64,000 nucleotides of DNA from an uncultured Chloroflexia bacterium (GCA_963751345.1 CAVVUS010000030.1:352001-416000), one strand, 5' to 3'; shown: positions 22,270 through 33,382, counted from the stretch's first letter. Numbers and translations: made by a program. The notes: generated by a model not told the origin, from the letters alone.

Positions 22270-22585
22270 AAGCACCTCTCATGATCAGAATCGTAGAGAC
22301 GGAGCGCTGCCCCGTCCGATGGGGCCAATGGTTCAACGGAGCCTCCCCCGTACAACGGGGATAGAAGCCCAGGGTCCGGTTTGCCACCCTGAGCGAAACG
22401 GAGGCCCCAGCCGAGACGCCCGGACAACGTCCGCAGGTTCTTCGCTTCGCTCAGAGTGACGGCAAACTTCGCATCAGAACACACACGTTCCACTCTGCAC
22501 GTACGTATGCATACCGACGCATGTTTCTCCACCACTCGAACCACACTGATCCATCTTGCTGAAGTAGGTGAGAACACGCCTCACT

Positions 22586-22630
22586 CCGGGCGGTCAGGCC
22601 CCGCACCTGCTTCGGCACGGGACCTGACCT
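22586..22630. terminator. Stem-loop downstream of the substrate-binding protein gene
   Basis: ggtcaggccccg...cgggacctgacc inverted repeat, typical of an mRNA stabiliser or partial terminator after a substrate-binding protein gene. Confidence 0.5.
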
Positions 22631-22679
22631 GACTCAGATTCAACGAACCTAACCAGTCACCTTAGAGACGGTGTCCTGA

Positions 22680-24542
22680 CTAGTTGCCCGAAGGCGTCAC
22701 GTTGAAGTAGACTTGCTCGATCTGGCCCCACCAGTTGAAGGGCACAGTGTAGAGATTGTCGTTCGACGGCATGTTGTCCCAGTAGTAGGTGTTGAAGCTG
22801 ACGCTGTAGTAGGTCTCGATAAGCGGGACACCGGGCGGATCCTGCAGCCACAGATCGAACATCTTGTTGTACAGAGGCATCGCGTCGGCGGAGTCAGGAT
22901 CGATGGCATTCAGCGCTAGCAGAGTCTGATCGTACTCCTCATTGCAGTAGCGAACCTCGTTACCGTTGGTGGCCACATCGCCCAGCGGCACAACGCGGTC
23001 GCAGGTGTAGCCATTGTACAGCTCGGTCGGATCCACGGTCGCGCCGCAGAACCACCAGAAGCCGATCTGCACATCACCGATGTCGAGGTTGTCCCAGAAG
23101 GTCGACTGATACTCGAAGGTCGCATCGATGCCGATGGACTTGAGCTCCTCGGTGAAGTCCTGGCCCATCAGGTACTCGTTGCCACCGACGCCCACCGGGG
23201 TCGTGACTGCGAGAGCGACCTGGTTGCCATCAGAATCGACCAACTTGCCACCCTGCTGCGTATAACCGATGGTCGCCAGCAGATCCAGGGCTGCCTGGGG
23301 ATCGTAGGTCAGCGTGCCCCACTTGGCCTTGGCATCCTCGTCGATGAACTTATCAAGGTTGCGGTAGTCGGCCCACAGACCCTGCGCGGGCTTGGAGGGC
23401 GGCGTCCAGATGTTCGCGCCCCACTTCTCGCGGTCCATCAACATCGACATCGCGCGGCGGAACTCAGGCTGATCAAGCGGGGGCTGCATGCTGTTGAACC
23501 ACGCCGCACGCGGGCACGGATCGACGTAGGTCACCTCATTGATCTGGGGGATATCTGCCTTGTTCTGCTGGTAGATATCATAGCCCAGGCCAAAGATGTC
23601 CATATTGTTCGCCTTGACCTCGGCGAGCTGCTGGTCGGCGCCAGGGCCGGTGCGGTAGATCGCGTACTTGGGGGCGGGGAAGTAGCCGATCGACTTGCCC
23701 CAGTAGTTCTCATTCCGCTGCCACACGAACACCTTATTCTGAGGATAGACTTTCATCAGCGTGTAGGGGCCGGTGTAGACGGGCGGATCATTCTTATAGG
23801 TGTGCGGGTCCACGATCGACCAGATGTGCTCAGGGTAGATGTTCAGACCGCCTACGATCCTGCACCAGAAAGCCAGGTGCTGGCGCGGGCGGGGCTCGGT
23901 CATGGTGATGACCACGGTGTAGTCATCAGGCGCGCTGACATCGGACCAGAACTCCGCGTCAGACTGCGGAAGGCCACCCAGATCGTCGAACTCCGGGTCC
24001 ATGGCCATCTGCAGCGTGAAGACCACGTCGTGCGCCGTGAAGGGCTCGCCGTCGTTCCACGTCACACCCTTGCGGACGTAGAGGGTCAACTGGGTGTAGT
24101 CTGCATTGTACTCCCACCCCGTGCCCAACCAGGGGATGATCTCACCGGTGGCATAGTTGACGTACCACATCCACTCACGAGAAAACTGGCCGAGGCCGTT
24201 CTGATAGTGTTCCCCGTTGGGGATGAAGGGGTTGAAGCTATCGAAGATCGAGAAGTCGACCTGGTCGTTGATGACCACTTCATTGCGACTGAACGGCATG
24301 GTCACACCGTTGACCTGGAACTCCTCGACGGCCGTAGCCACGGTTGCCGTGGCCTCGGGCGCGACCGTGGGCTCAGCCGTGGGCGTCGGCCGCGGGGTCG
24401 ACGTCGCTTGTTCACTTACCACCGGCGGGTTGACGATCTGCGGCGTATTGGTGGGGGCGGGGGGCTCGGTAGCTCCTCCGCAGCCCGCCACCATCGCCGC
24501 GATCAAGACCGCGACTGCAAGGTACATGAGCTTTCGCGACAT
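22680..24542 (-). CDS. ABC substrate-binding lipoprotein, family 5
   Basis: VAGC lipobox, Pro/Thr linker, VRKGVTWNDGEPFTAHDVVFT motif. Confidence 0.92.
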   Translation of the reverse strand: MSRKLMYLAVAVLIAAMVAGCGGATEPPAPTNTPQIVNPPVVSEQATSTPRPTPTAEPTVAPEATATVATAVEEFQVNGVTMPFSRNEVVINDQVDFSIFDSFNPFIPNGEHYQNGLGQFSREWMWYVNYATGEIIPWLGTGWEYNADYTQLTLYVRKGVTWNDGEPFTAHDVVFTLQMAMDPEFDDLGGLPQSDAEFWSDVSAPDDYTVVITMTEPRPRQHLAFWCRIVGGLNIYPEHIWSIVDPHTYKNDPPVYTGPYTLMKVYPQNKVFVWQRNENYWGKSIGYFPAPKYAIYRTGPGADQQLAEVKANNMDIFGLGYDIYQQNKADIPQINEVTYVDPCPRAAWFNSMQPPLDQPEFRRAMSMLMDREKWGANIWTPPSKPAQGLWADYRNLDKFIDEDAKAKWGTLTYDPQAALDLLATIGYTQQGGKLVDSDGNQVALAVTTPVGVGGNEYLMGQDFTEELKSIGIDATFEYQSTFWDNLDIGDVQIGFWWFCGATVDPTELYNGYTCDRVVPLGDVATNGNEVRYCNEEYDQTLLALNAIDPDSADAMPLYNKMFDLWLQDPPGVPLIETYYSVSFNTYYWDNMPSNDNLYTVPFNWWGQIEQVYFNVTPSGN

Positions 24543-24689
24543 GGATTCTATCCTCCTACAACGTGGTTGAAGTTAAGCTACAGACAACTGGGAAATACTT
24601 CGGCATCCAATGGATGGTTCGTTCCGCGACTTATCACCCCCCTTCCCGAGCAGATCACAACATCTGACAGTATCGCACGAAGTCACACA

Positions 24690-25835
24690 TTACGCAAGCG
24701 GGACGATCTCCATAGGGATCACGATCCGCTGCGGGTTCAGGTCACTACCTGTGACCATACGCCTGATCAGAGCATTCATACCCTGCTCGCCTAAAGCCTC
24801 ACCGGATTGCAGAGCGATGATAACCAGTGACGCTTGATCACGCCCCAGAAGTCTGTGGCTGACCGCCGCAATGTCAACACCCGGACCCTCTACATCCCCA
24901 CCTCGGCCCTCAATCACGGCCCGCATCAGTTCATTCCTGATCCGCATCAAATCGAAATTCATCTGCAAGGCTACGAACTGGTTAATCGCGATCATCGCCG
25001 TGATCCGATCGCGACGGAGATGGTCGAATAGGCGCAAGTGACTCGATTCGCTCTCGTTTAGCGACACCGGAGAAAGCGCCTCGTATACATCCAAACAGAC
25101 CAGATCCTCATCATAAATGAGTCCGGCCTCTTCAAGCGCCCGCTGATAACCTCGTATGCGTCCGCGCACGCTGCTGACCTTGACCTCGTGCCCCGGGAAA
25201 ATACCAATACGACGATGCCCTCGCTCAATCAGGGCCTTTGTGAGGGCATATCCTGCCCCCAAATCGTCGAAGACCACACGGTCCGTGTCAAGCTCCCGAT
25301 AGTATCGGTCCAATAGAACCAGCGGGAACCCTCGGCTCTGCATTTCACGAAAGAGCCCCATATCCGCGAAACGCGACCGGGGGAAGAGCAGTACCCCGCT
25401 GACGCCGCCGTCAACGGCATCCCGAATGCGAAGGCTCTCACGTTCCTCCGACTCCAGCCCGACGATCTCAAGCTGCACGCCCTCGTGCATTGCTACACGG
25501 GCCGCACCAATGAGGACCGAGGTCACGTAGCTATCCGCATACGTGGGCATACAGAAAGCGACCCTGCAGCTCGACTCTTCAGCACCGGGCTCCTCACAAC
25601 TCGTGACGAAACTCCCACGCCCCTGCTGCCTATCAATCAGGCGGTCCCGCACCAGCAAATCCAACGCTTTGACAATTGTGATCCGGCTGACGCCGTAGTC
25701 CTTGACCAACTGCCGCTCAGATGGCAACGCATCTCCCGGCCGAAACTCGCCTATTCGTATTCGATCCTGAAGCGACGAATAGACCTGATAATAGCGCGGC
25801 AAGGGATCCCGGGGATCAATACTAAATTGGGCCAT
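24690..25835 (-). CDS. GntR-HTH / LacI-type sugar-binding transcriptional regulator (AraR-like architecture)
   Basis: PRYYQV...LPSERQL...VSRIT...GRGSFV followed by a periplasmic-binding-protein-like domain. Confidence 0.9.
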   Translation of the reverse strand: MAQFSIDPRDPLPRYYQVYSSLQDRIRIGEFRPGDALPSERQLVKDYGVSRITIVKALDLLVRDRLIDRQQGRGSFVTSCEEPGAEESSCRVAFCMPTYADSYVTSVLIGAARVAMHEGVQLEIVGLESEERESLRIRDAVDGGVSGVLLFPRSRFADMGLFREMQSRGFPLVLLDRYYRELDTDRVVFDDLGAGYALTKALIERGHRRIGIFPGHEVKVSSVRGRIRGYQRALEEAGLIYDEDLVCLDVYEALSPVSLNESESSHLRLFDHLRRDRITAMIAINQFVALQMNFDLMRIRNELMRAVIEGRGGDVEGPGVDIAAVSHRLLGRDQASLVIIALQSGEALGEQGMNALIRRMVTGSDLNPQRIVIPMEIVPLA

Positions 25836-25864
25836 TAGGACTTTCTGCGTCGCGATTAGCCATA

Positions 25865-25919
25865 TGGATATATGGACATGTGGATATATCCAGTATAGAA
25901 CAAATCATAGCCCTGTCAA
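25865..25919 (-). promoter_or_regulatory. Sigma70-type promoter with a palindromic operator candidate
   Basis: Minus strand TTGACA (25919-25914), 16 nt, TATACT (25897-25892). Perfect palindrome TGGATATATCCA at 25881-25892, with an imperfect copy at 25865-25876. Confidence 0.6.
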
Positions 25920-26210
25920 GGACGCCCACTCGAGATTCCTACACAAACCACGTTTCGCCTTATGTCCAGATCCTACCACCTTCCCCCAAGTCGGATCGCA
26001 GTACTCGATCAGTGTATCTACACTAGGCCAATCAGACGAAAATCGCCAAACACGGATAATGATTGTTATTATAATAGGATCTTTGTGAGAGAAAAGAGGA
26101 CAAATATCACATTTATCCGGGATTCCTCGCCTTGCCCCCCTGGACTAACCGGCCAATTATGGCTATGATGATCTTGGGTGAGCATATCACAAGTTTGTCA
26201 AGGAGGCCAC

Positions 26211-26993
26211 ATGCTACCGATCGTCGAATTCTGCGGACTTAACGTGACACGCCTGATCCTGGGAGCCAATCCCTTTGGGGGCTATAGCCACCAGAATCCG
26301 GAGCGCGACAGGGAAATGCGCACCTACTATACGGTAGAACGCATCCAAGAGACCTGGGGCCGGGCCGAAGCCGCAGGCATCACGACGATGATCACGAACA
26401 ACGAGACCCCACACGTCCTGCAGGCTGTGCAAGAGTATCTCGGGGCGGGGGGCGCCCTCCAATGGATCGCGCAGGTCAATCTCCGCGAGAAGAACGATAT
26501 GGTACAAGCCATCGACGAGGTCGTCGAGATCGGATGTAAAGCTCTCTACTTCCACGGGGCGCTCGTCGACGATGCCTACCGCCGGCAGGATGCCGCGGTG
26601 ATTCGCAACTGGTGCGAGTATGCACGCTCACGCGGCGTGCCCGCAGGCGTCGCCGGCCATGCACCAGAGGCTCATCTTTGGGCCAACAGCCTGGGCGTCA
26701 CAGACTTCCACGCTGTCTGTTTCTTCAACTGCGGGAGTCTCCACACCGGCGGCGGCGAGAGATTCCGGCTTGCCGACATGATCCGCGCAGTGGATGCAAT
26801 CCGCCAGATTCAGAAGCCCTGCATCGGCTACAAGATCATGGGCGCGGGCCGAATCGACGCGCGCATGGCGTTCGAGTATGCCTTCGAGAACATCAAGCCC
26901 ACCGATGTGGTCAACGTCGGGATGTATCGAGGTGACAAGGACGCCATCGTCGAGGAAAACGTCGCCCTGGCAACCGAGATCCTCGGTGCCTGA
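26211..26993 (+). CDS. Hypothetical oxidoreductase-like (aldo/keto reductase-like barrel) protein
   Basis: RBS AAGGAGG; TRLILGANPFGGYSH and YKIMGAGR motifs. Confidence 0.65.
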   Translation: MLPIVEFCGLNVTRLILGANPFGGYSHQNPERDREMRTYYTVERIQETWGRAEAAGITTMITNNETPHVLQAVQEYLGAGGALQWIAQVNLREKNDMVQAIDEVVEIGCKALYFHGALVDDAYRRQDAAVIRNWCEYARSRGVPAGVAGHAPEAHLWANSLGVTDFHAVCFFNCGSLHTGGGERFRLADMIRAVDAIRQIQKPCIGYKIMGAGRIDARMAFEYAFENIKPTDVVNVGMYRGDKDAIVEENVALATEILGA

Positions 26994-27011
26994 GCGCTGC
27001 CGCACTGCCCG

Positions 27012-27606
27012 TCAAGCGGGAATGGCACGCCACGCAGCCTGAACCTGGGCCAGTGTCTCGGCCAAGGAGCCGCCGGTGTCAATGACGACGTCGGCACGGG
27101 AGAGCTTATCGGCCTGAGGAGGCTGCGCGCCGATCCGCTGCAGCGCATCGGCGCGGCTCAACTTGCGGAGACGGACCAGGCGCTCAAGCTGTGTGGCTTC
27201 GGAGCACGTGGTGACCCAGATGGCATCGTAGTCCTCGGCCATCCCGCTCTCCAGGAGCTTGATCGCCTCCACCACGATGACCCGGGCCTGGGATGAAGCG
27301 ATGATCCGGTCCACGGTCCGGATCACAGCGGGATGGACCAGCGACTCCAGGCGCCCGAGCGCCAGCGGATCAGAGAAAACGATGGCCCCCAACGCCTTTC
27401 GGTCGATGGTGCCATCGGAGCTTCAGAATCTCAGGGCCAAACGCCTCGAGAACAGGGCCATACGCGCTGCCGTCCGGAGACATGACGGCATGTGCAACTT
27501 CGTCGGCGTCGATCCGTTCTGCTCCCAGATCCGCCAGCATTCGCCCGACCGTCGATTTGCCGGTGGCGATATTCCCCGTGAGCCCAATGCGGTAAGGAAT
27601 CGCCAT
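27012..27606 (-). CDS. coaE: Dephospho-CoA kinase (frameshift near 27415)
   Basis: IGLTGNIATGKSTV P-loop, IDADEVAH, LESLVHP and VVEAIKLLE motifs. Confidence 0.9.
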
Positions 27607-29519
27607 CAGGTCGTTGCCAGAGGCGTGTCGGCGACCTGCGCCCACTCCTCGAGGAGCTGATTGACCCGCACCTCGGTCTGGCGATACTCGGCGCCCAGCT
27701 TCGCCACCCTAGAGACATCCTGGTCGCGTCCGGCTGCATCCAGCGCGTAGGTTAGCGTCTGCAGATGCCCCTCAAGGCGGTGGATCTCCTCCTCCAGCTC
27801 GACCAAATGCTCCTGCTGACGAGCCAGGACCCGCTCGCGCTCACGACGGGCCCGCCGCTCGGCCTCTCGTTGCGCGCGGGCCTCCTCATCGACCTGTTTG
27901 GCCCTACGAGGGGCATCTCGCCACATTTGGTGCCAAGCCTGATAGGGCTCGTAGCCTTCCTCAAAAACGTGGAGGATACCATCCCCGATCGCCCACACTT
28001 TTGTGGCTATCTCGCGGATCAGATACCGATCGTGGCTGACCATCAGGATCGTTCCGTCAAATCCGAGCAGCACTTGCTGAAGCACCTCCTGAGAGGTGAT
28101 ATCCAAGTGGTTCGTCGGCTCATCCAGGAGCAGGAAGTTCGCCTTGGCCAGCGAGAGAATGGCAATAGCTACCCGCGCGCGCTCGCCGCCGGAAAGAACG
28201 GCGACATCTTTGAAAACATCATCGCCGCGAAACCCGTAGCGGGCCAGAAAGCTGCGTGTCTCGGCAATCGATCCCATCCCCGCGTCGAGCAGCGTATCGA
28301 GAACCGACCGGCCTCCCACAAGATGGTCCTGAACCTGCGCGAAGTAGCCGACACGGACCGCGGCCCCCAGGCGGACGCGACCTTCCAGTGGGCGCAGCCG
28401 GCGCAAGATCGTCCGCAAGAGCGTCGTCTTGCCCGTACCATTGGGGCCTACGAGGGCCACGCGCTGCCCTCGCCGAATCTCCGCCTCGGCGACCTGCACC
28501 AACGATTTGCCCTGCTCGTACCCGACCTCCAGGTCATAGAGCCCAAGGACGAGGTCTCCGCTGCGCAGCGTGGTCTGGAGGTTCACGTGAATCCGCTGTT
28601 CCTCAACCGGACGCTCCAGGCGCTCCTCACGTTCCAGACGTTTCAGCCGTCCCTTGGCCTCGGCGGAGCGCTGACCTGCCATATAGCGTCGTATATAGGC
28701 CTCGGTCTCCTGGGTATGACGTTGCTGCGCCTCATACTCCGCCTCCTGCCTCGCCCGGCGACCGGCTCGCTGCATCGTGTAGGCACTGTAGTTCCCCGTA
28801 TAGGTCTCCAGCTTCCCCTGGGCCATCTCGACGACCCGCGTCGCAATCGCATCGAGAAAGGCTCGATCGTGCGCGACCACGATCATCCCACCGCGCCAGG
28901 CCTTCAGTTGATCCTCCAGCCACTCAATCCCCTCGAGATCAAGGTGATTGGTCGGCTCGTCGAGCAGCAGGATGTCCGGCTCCTCAAGCAGGAGTCGGCC
29001 CAGGAGAGCACGCGTCTTCTCACCGCCGCTGAGATAGGCCACCGGCTGGTGGAATTCCTGCTCCGTAAAGCCCAGCCCACCCAATACCTGGCCAATCCGC
29101 GCTTCGTAGGTGAAGCCCCCGGCTCGCTCAAACGCTTCGAGTTCCCTGCCGTATCGCTCGATCGCTCGCTCTCGCTCCTCCTCATCGGGCGAGGCCATCA
29201 AGGCCTCGAGATGTCTGAGCTGGGCTTGTCTGGCCTTCAGACCCACAAAGACAGCCTCCATCGCCTCCCACAGCGTTCCCTCCCCCGAGAAGTCGGGGTC
29301 CTGGGGGAGATATCCCAGCCGGCTATCGCGGGTTCGACTCACCTCACCGCCCTCGGGCTCCAGTTGCCCCGCGATCACGTTCAGGAGTGTGCTCTTCCCA
29401 CACCCATTGGCGCCAACAAGTGCAAGGTGTTCGCCGGCGTGAAGATCGAGGGAGATATCGGCGAAGATGTCGTCGGCACCGAAGTATTTTGTCAAATGAG
29501 AAACTGAGAGTAATGCCAT
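27606..29519 (-). CDS. ABC-F family ATPase
   Basis: Two ABC domains (GANGCGKS, GPNGTGKT, LSGGE, LDEPTNHLD twice), C-terminal coiled coil, no transmembrane segments. Confidence 0.92.
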   Translation of the reverse strand: MALLSVSHLTKYFGADDIFADISLDLHAGEHLALVGANGCGKSTLLNVIAGQLEPEGGEVSRTRDSRLGYLPQDPDFSGEGTLWEAMEAVFVGLKARQAQLRHLEALMASPDEEERERAIERYGRELEAFERAGGFTYEARIGQVLGGLGFTEQEFHQPVAYLSGGEKTRALLGRLLLEEPDILLLDEPTNHLDLEGIEWLEDQLKAWRGGMIVVAHDRAFLDAIATRVVEMAQGKLETYTGNYSAYTMQRAGRRARQEAEYEAQQRHTQETEAYIRRYMAGQRSAEAKGRLKRLEREERLERPVEEQRIHVNLQTTLRSGDLVLGLYDLEVGYEQGKSLVQVAEAEIRRGQRVALVGPNGTGKTTLLRTILRRLRPLEGRVRLGAAVRVGYFAQVQDHLVGGRSVLDTLLDAGMGSIAETRSFLARYGFRGDDVFKDVAVLSGGERARVAIAILSLAKANFLLLDEPTNHLDITSQEVLQQVLLGFDGTILMVSHDRYLIREIATKVWAIGDGILHVFEEGYEPYQAWHQMWRDAPRRAKQVDEEARAQREAERRARRERERVLARQQEHLVELEEEIHRLEGHLQTLTYALDAAGRDQDVSRVAKLGAEYRQTEVRVNQLLEEWAQVADTPLATT

Positions 29520-29634
29520 AGTAGTGAGATTATACCAGACTTCAGGCACCTCAATCTCGCAACAAACGTTGCGACCCGCGCAAGCCAACAATCGACTACA
29601 ATGGGGAAGACCCGCAGCCCAAGATGAGGAGCCC

Positions 29635-30603
29635 ATGATGAACGTCGTTACCGTAACGATGAACCCAGCCCTGGACCAGACTGTGAGCGTCGACAATTTC
29701 CGACTCAGCACCATCAATCGCGGGCAGGCCATGCAGGTCGACCCCGGCGGAAAAGGGGTCAACGTGGCATCCTTTCTCGCCGATGCCGGCTATGCCGCGA
29801 CCGTCACGGGCTTCTTGGGAGAGGACAACCCCGAGCTTTTCGAGCGGCTGTGCGACCAGAAAGGGATGGTGGACGCCTTTGTGCGAATCCCGGGCCGCAC
29901 ACGTACGGGGATCAAGATCGTGGATCCGGCTCAACGGCAGACCACGGATATCAATATGCCCGGAACGCCGCCGCCGCAGGCGAAAATCGCCGCCCTTCGA
30001 GCTATCCTCGAAACCCTGGCATCGCACTGCGACTGGTTTGTCCTCTCCGGCAGCCTGCCGCCGGGGCTCCCAGCGGACATCTATGCGTCCCTCATCACAA
30101 GGCTGAACGCACTGGGGAAGCGCGTGGTCCTGGATACAAGCGGCCAGCCACTCCGCGAAGGCGTGCGCGCCGGGCCCACGATCGCCAAGCCCAATGTCGA
30201 CGAACTGCAGCAGCTCGTCGAGCATCGCCTGGAGACGTATTCTGAGATTGAGCGGGCAGGTCGGCGCCTCCTCGATTACGGCATCCTGCTGGTCGTCGTC
30301 TCAATGGGTGCTCGGGGCGCCATTTTCATCGACGCCCACCGGTCGCTTCTCGCGACGCCCCCGCGCGTTGCTGACGTGAGCAGCGTGGGTGCCGGCGATG
30401 CCATGGTTGCGGGACTTGTGGCAGGGCAAATCCGCGGGCTGGAGCTGGCGGCGTGCGCGCGGCTGGCGACGGCCTACTCCGTAGGGGCCATCACGCGTAT
30501 CGGGGCCCACCTCCCCCCGCCCGAGCAAGTCGAAGCCTATCGGACAGGGGTGACCCTTGAGCTCCTGCTCAGTGTTGACCCTGTTTCCACGGGTGATTCT
30601 TGA
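29635..30603 (+). CDS. 1-phosphofructokinase family hexose kinase (PfkB)
   Basis: TVTMNPALD, GGKGVNVA, KPNVDEL and VGAGDAMVAG motifs. Confidence 0.9.
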   Translation: MMNVVTVTMNPALDQTVSVDNFRLSTINRGQAMQVDPGGKGVNVASFLADAGYAATVTGFLGEDNPELFERLCDQKGMVDAFVRIPGRTRTGIKIVDPAQRQTTDINMPGTPPPQAKIAALRAILETLASHCDWFVLSGSLPPGLPADIYASLITRLNALGKRVVLDTSGQPLREGVRAGPTIAKPNVDELQQLVEHRLETYSEIERAGRRLLDYGILLVVVSMGARGAIFIDAHRSLLATPPRVADVSSVGAGDAMVAGLVAGQIRGLELAACARLATAYSVGAITRIGAHLPPPEQVEAYRTGVTLELLLSVDPVSTGDS

Positions 30604-30677
30604 TGGGACCATGGTACCAGCTATAATGAACGCAGATCCCCCCTCCTTATCAAGGGGGACGACCAAGTTGGAGAACT

Positions 30678-32708
30678 GTGAGTAGCGTCCGCTTTCTAAT
30701 CGGCAAAACCCTAGGCAAATACGAGATCCTTGAGCACATCGGCCATGGCGGCATGTCGGAGGTGTACAAGGGCCAGCAGGCCCAACTCGACCGCATGGTG
30801 GCCATTAAAGTGCTGCACCCATTCCTGGCGGATGATCAAGGGTTTGTGGTTCGCTTCCAGCGTGAGGCCCGCATCGTGGCCACGATGCGCCATCCCAACA
30901 TCGTCCAGGTCTACGACTTCGATTACAACGAGCCGTTGGCCCTCTACTATATGGTCATGGAGTATATCGAGGGGCCAACGCTAAAGGACCGGCTGCAGGA
31001 AGGTCCGCTGAGCTGTGAGCAGGTCATTCACATCGGTGCGGCGGTTGCGGGTGCCCTTGACTACGCTCACCAGCGGGCCATGGTTCATCGTGACATCAAG
31101 CCCGCGAATATCATGTTTCTCAGCGAGGCCGAACCCGTCCTCACCGACTTTGGCATCGCGAGGATGCTGACGCTTTCCGGCCTGACGGCAAGCGGCGCAA
31201 TGGTGGGAACGCCGGCCTACATGGCGCCTGAGATCGGCAAGGGTAAGGCCGGAACCGCCTCCTCCGATATCTACTCCCTGAGTGTGGTGCTTTACGAAGC
31301 GATAACCGGGCAGCTTCCCTTCTCCGCAGAATCGCCGATGGGGATGGTGATGGAGCACATCAACACGCCTCCTCCTCGCCCACGCCTCCTCGCGCCCTCG
31401 ATTCCGGCCGCACTCGAGGAGATCATCGTCCGGGGGCTCGAGAAAGAGCCGGAGGATCGATTCAGCAGCGCCGGGGAAATGGCCGACGCCCTTCGTCTCG
31501 CGCTGGATTTGGGTGAAGAGAGCCCCTTTGTCCGGCCGCTCAGCAGCGTCGTTGCCTCGGCGGGCCAGGGGCTCAGTCTCCCACAGGATGACGGTCTCAA
31601 GGACGGGACGCCACCACCCGAGCCCGGAGGCGCTGAGGAGGGGACGCCCGCTTCGACGGGGGTTGAAGGGAACGCCGGAGAGGAGCGGTTGGCCGAACTC
31701 CAGGAGATGTCGACCGCCAGCCAGACGGATGCCGGGATGATCGCGCCCCCCCAGCCGGAGCGAAAGCTTCCGGCATCACGGTGGCGGATCGGGTGGCTGC
31801 GCTTGAGCTTGCTCGCGCTCCTGGCCTCTGTCATAGGCGGCGGCATCTGGCTTATGGCCGGTGATGGTTCCCCGATGGCCCTACAGGGTCTCCACTCTCC
31901 GGCCTCTGTCGACGCAGTGACGGCGAGTCCGTTACCTTCCGCCCCAATCTCCAGCCCAACGCGCACTCCGTCTCCGTCGGTAACACCGCGCGTGACGCCA
32001 CTCGGCAATGTCGTGCCAACGCCGACCGCGACCCCGGTCTGCACATTGCGCGTCCACCAGGACCGCGTCCGGATAGAGCCCGATCCGATCGTCGCCCCCG
32101 GCACGCCGCTCATAGCCTACATCGCACTAGACAACAGCGGCAACTGTGCCTGGCCAAGCGGCGCGGGCTTGGTCTTCTCGGGGGGCCACTCCCTCGGTGC
32201 CCCCGAGGCCTTCAGCGTCACATCGCTGGCACCGGGCGCCACGGTGCAGATCCTCGTTCCGATGACGGCGCCGGAGGAAACCGGGGTCTACTCGTCGACC
32301 TGGGAGATGCACCAGGAAGATGGAAGCCCCTTTGGCAGCCGCATCGTGCTGCAGATCACGGTCGACGACATCGTAACCCTAACGCCCACCTCGACACCCG
32401 ACATTGCTCCTGAGATTGCCACACCGGAGCCTTTGGCCCTGGCGGATGTAGAACTCCTGGAGTGGCAGGACGATCCGGACTCGGGTCAGTGGTCCGGCGT
32501 CGCACGGGTCCAGGCGACGGGAGGCACGGGGACCTACAGATACTATCGAGATGAGGTCAGCGAAACCACACAACTCCCGGCGGGAGAGCTGACGTTCGAG
32601 TGGCGACGATGCCAATCGGTCCCACTCAAGATCTGGGTGCTCTCAGGGGATGAGGTTCTCGACTGGCAGGGCGAGATCCCATACCCGGACCCGGACACCT
32701 GCAACTGA
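30678..32708 (+). CDS. Membrane Ser/Thr protein kinase with an extracellular NBR1-like Ig domain
   Basis: GHGGMSEVY, VAIK, HRDIKPAN, DFG and APE motifs; one transmembrane helix; NSGNCAWP...MTAPEETGVYSSTW motif. Confidence 0.88.
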   Translation: MSSVRFLIGKTLGKYEILEHIGHGGMSEVYKGQQAQLDRMVAIKVLHPFLADDQGFVVRFQREARIVATMRHPNIVQVYDFDYNEPLALYYMVMEYIEGPTLKDRLQEGPLSCEQVIHIGAAVAGALDYAHQRAMVHRDIKPANIMFLSEAEPVLTDFGIARMLTLSGLTASGAMVGTPAYMAPEIGKGKAGTASSDIYSLSVVLYEAITGQLPFSAESPMGMVMEHINTPPPRPRLLAPSIPAALEEIIVRGLEKEPEDRFSSAGEMADALRLALDLGEESPFVRPLSSVVASAGQGLSLPQDDGLKDGTPPPEPGGAEEGTPASTGVEGNAGEERLAELQEMSTASQTDAGMIAPPQPERKLPASRWRIGWLRLSLLALLASVIGGGIWLMAGDGSPMALQGLHSPASVDAVTASPLPSAPISSPTRTPSPSVTPRVTPLGNVVPTPTATPVCTLRVHQDRVRIEPDPIVAPGTPLIAYIALDNSGNCAWPSGAGLVFSGGHSLGAPEAFSVTSLAPGATVQILVPMTAPEETGVYSSTWEMHQEDGSPFGSRIVLQITVDDIVTLTPTSTPDIAPEIATPEPLALADVELLEWQDDPDSGQWSGVARVQATGGTGTYRYYRDEVSETTQLPAGELTFEWRRCQSVPLKIWVLSGDEVLDWQGEIPYPDPDTCN

Positions 32709-32755
32709 GGTATGACTCGGCCCGCACAGTATTGAGAGACGCGGAGGAGGGCGGG

Positions 32756-33382
32756 ATGAACCGTGAGTCTATGGTGCAACTGATCAGGCGTCGAGGCGTG
32801 AAGGACGAGCGGGTCCTCCAGGCCATGGCGCGGGTGCCACGCGAAGTCTTCGTGGAGGGCACCACCGACAGAGCCTATGGCGATTTTGCCCTGCCCATCG
32901 GTTACGAACAGACTATCTCACAGCCCTACATCGTCGCGCTGATGAGCGAGGCCCTGGAGCTACAGCCCGGCGATCGTGTGTTGGAGATCGGCACAGGCTC
33001 AGGGTATCAGGCGGCCATCCTGGCGGAGATGGGGATGGAGGTCTACACCGTCGAACGCATCCCGGAGCTGCAGGAAGTGGCCCGGAGACGGCTCGAGGCG
33101 CTGGGCTACGAGGTGCACACCAAGCAGGCCGACGGCTACGATGGCTGGAAGGCATTTGCGCCTTACGAGGGCATCATCGTCACGGCTGCCGCGCCTGAGA
33201 TTCCGCAGCCATTGGTCGATCAACTGGCCGAAGGTGGGCGCATGGTTATCCCCGTCGGCCAGAGTGGCACCTACCAGGTCCTGTGGAAGGTCGTCGTGGA
33301 GAATGGCGAGATGCGCAAGATCAATTTGGGCGGTGTGGCCTTCGTCCCCTTTGTGTCGGAGGAGTTGGGGACATACCCCTAG
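32756..33382 (+). CDS. pcm: Protein-L-isoaspartate O-methyltransferase
   Basis: QTISQPYIVA, VLEIGTGSGYQAA and VAFVP motifs. Confidence 0.93.
   Translation: MNRESMVQLIRRRGVKDERVLQAMARVPREVFVEGTTDRAYGDFALPIGYEQTISQPYIVALMSEALELQPGDRVLEIGTGSGYQAAILAEMGMEVYTVERIPELQEVARRRLEALGYEVHTKQADGYDGWKAFAPYEGIIVTAAAPEIPQPLVDQLAEGGRMVIPVGQSGTYQVLWKVVVENGEMRKINLGGVAFVPFVSEELGTYP

Noticed and set aside
22290-22462. Long intergenic region in the ABC operon as a riboswitch or ORF
   Set aside because: Explained by REP-like palindromes (GTAGAGACGG..., CCCTGAGCGAA...TTCGCTCAGAGTGAC); no recognisable aptamer.
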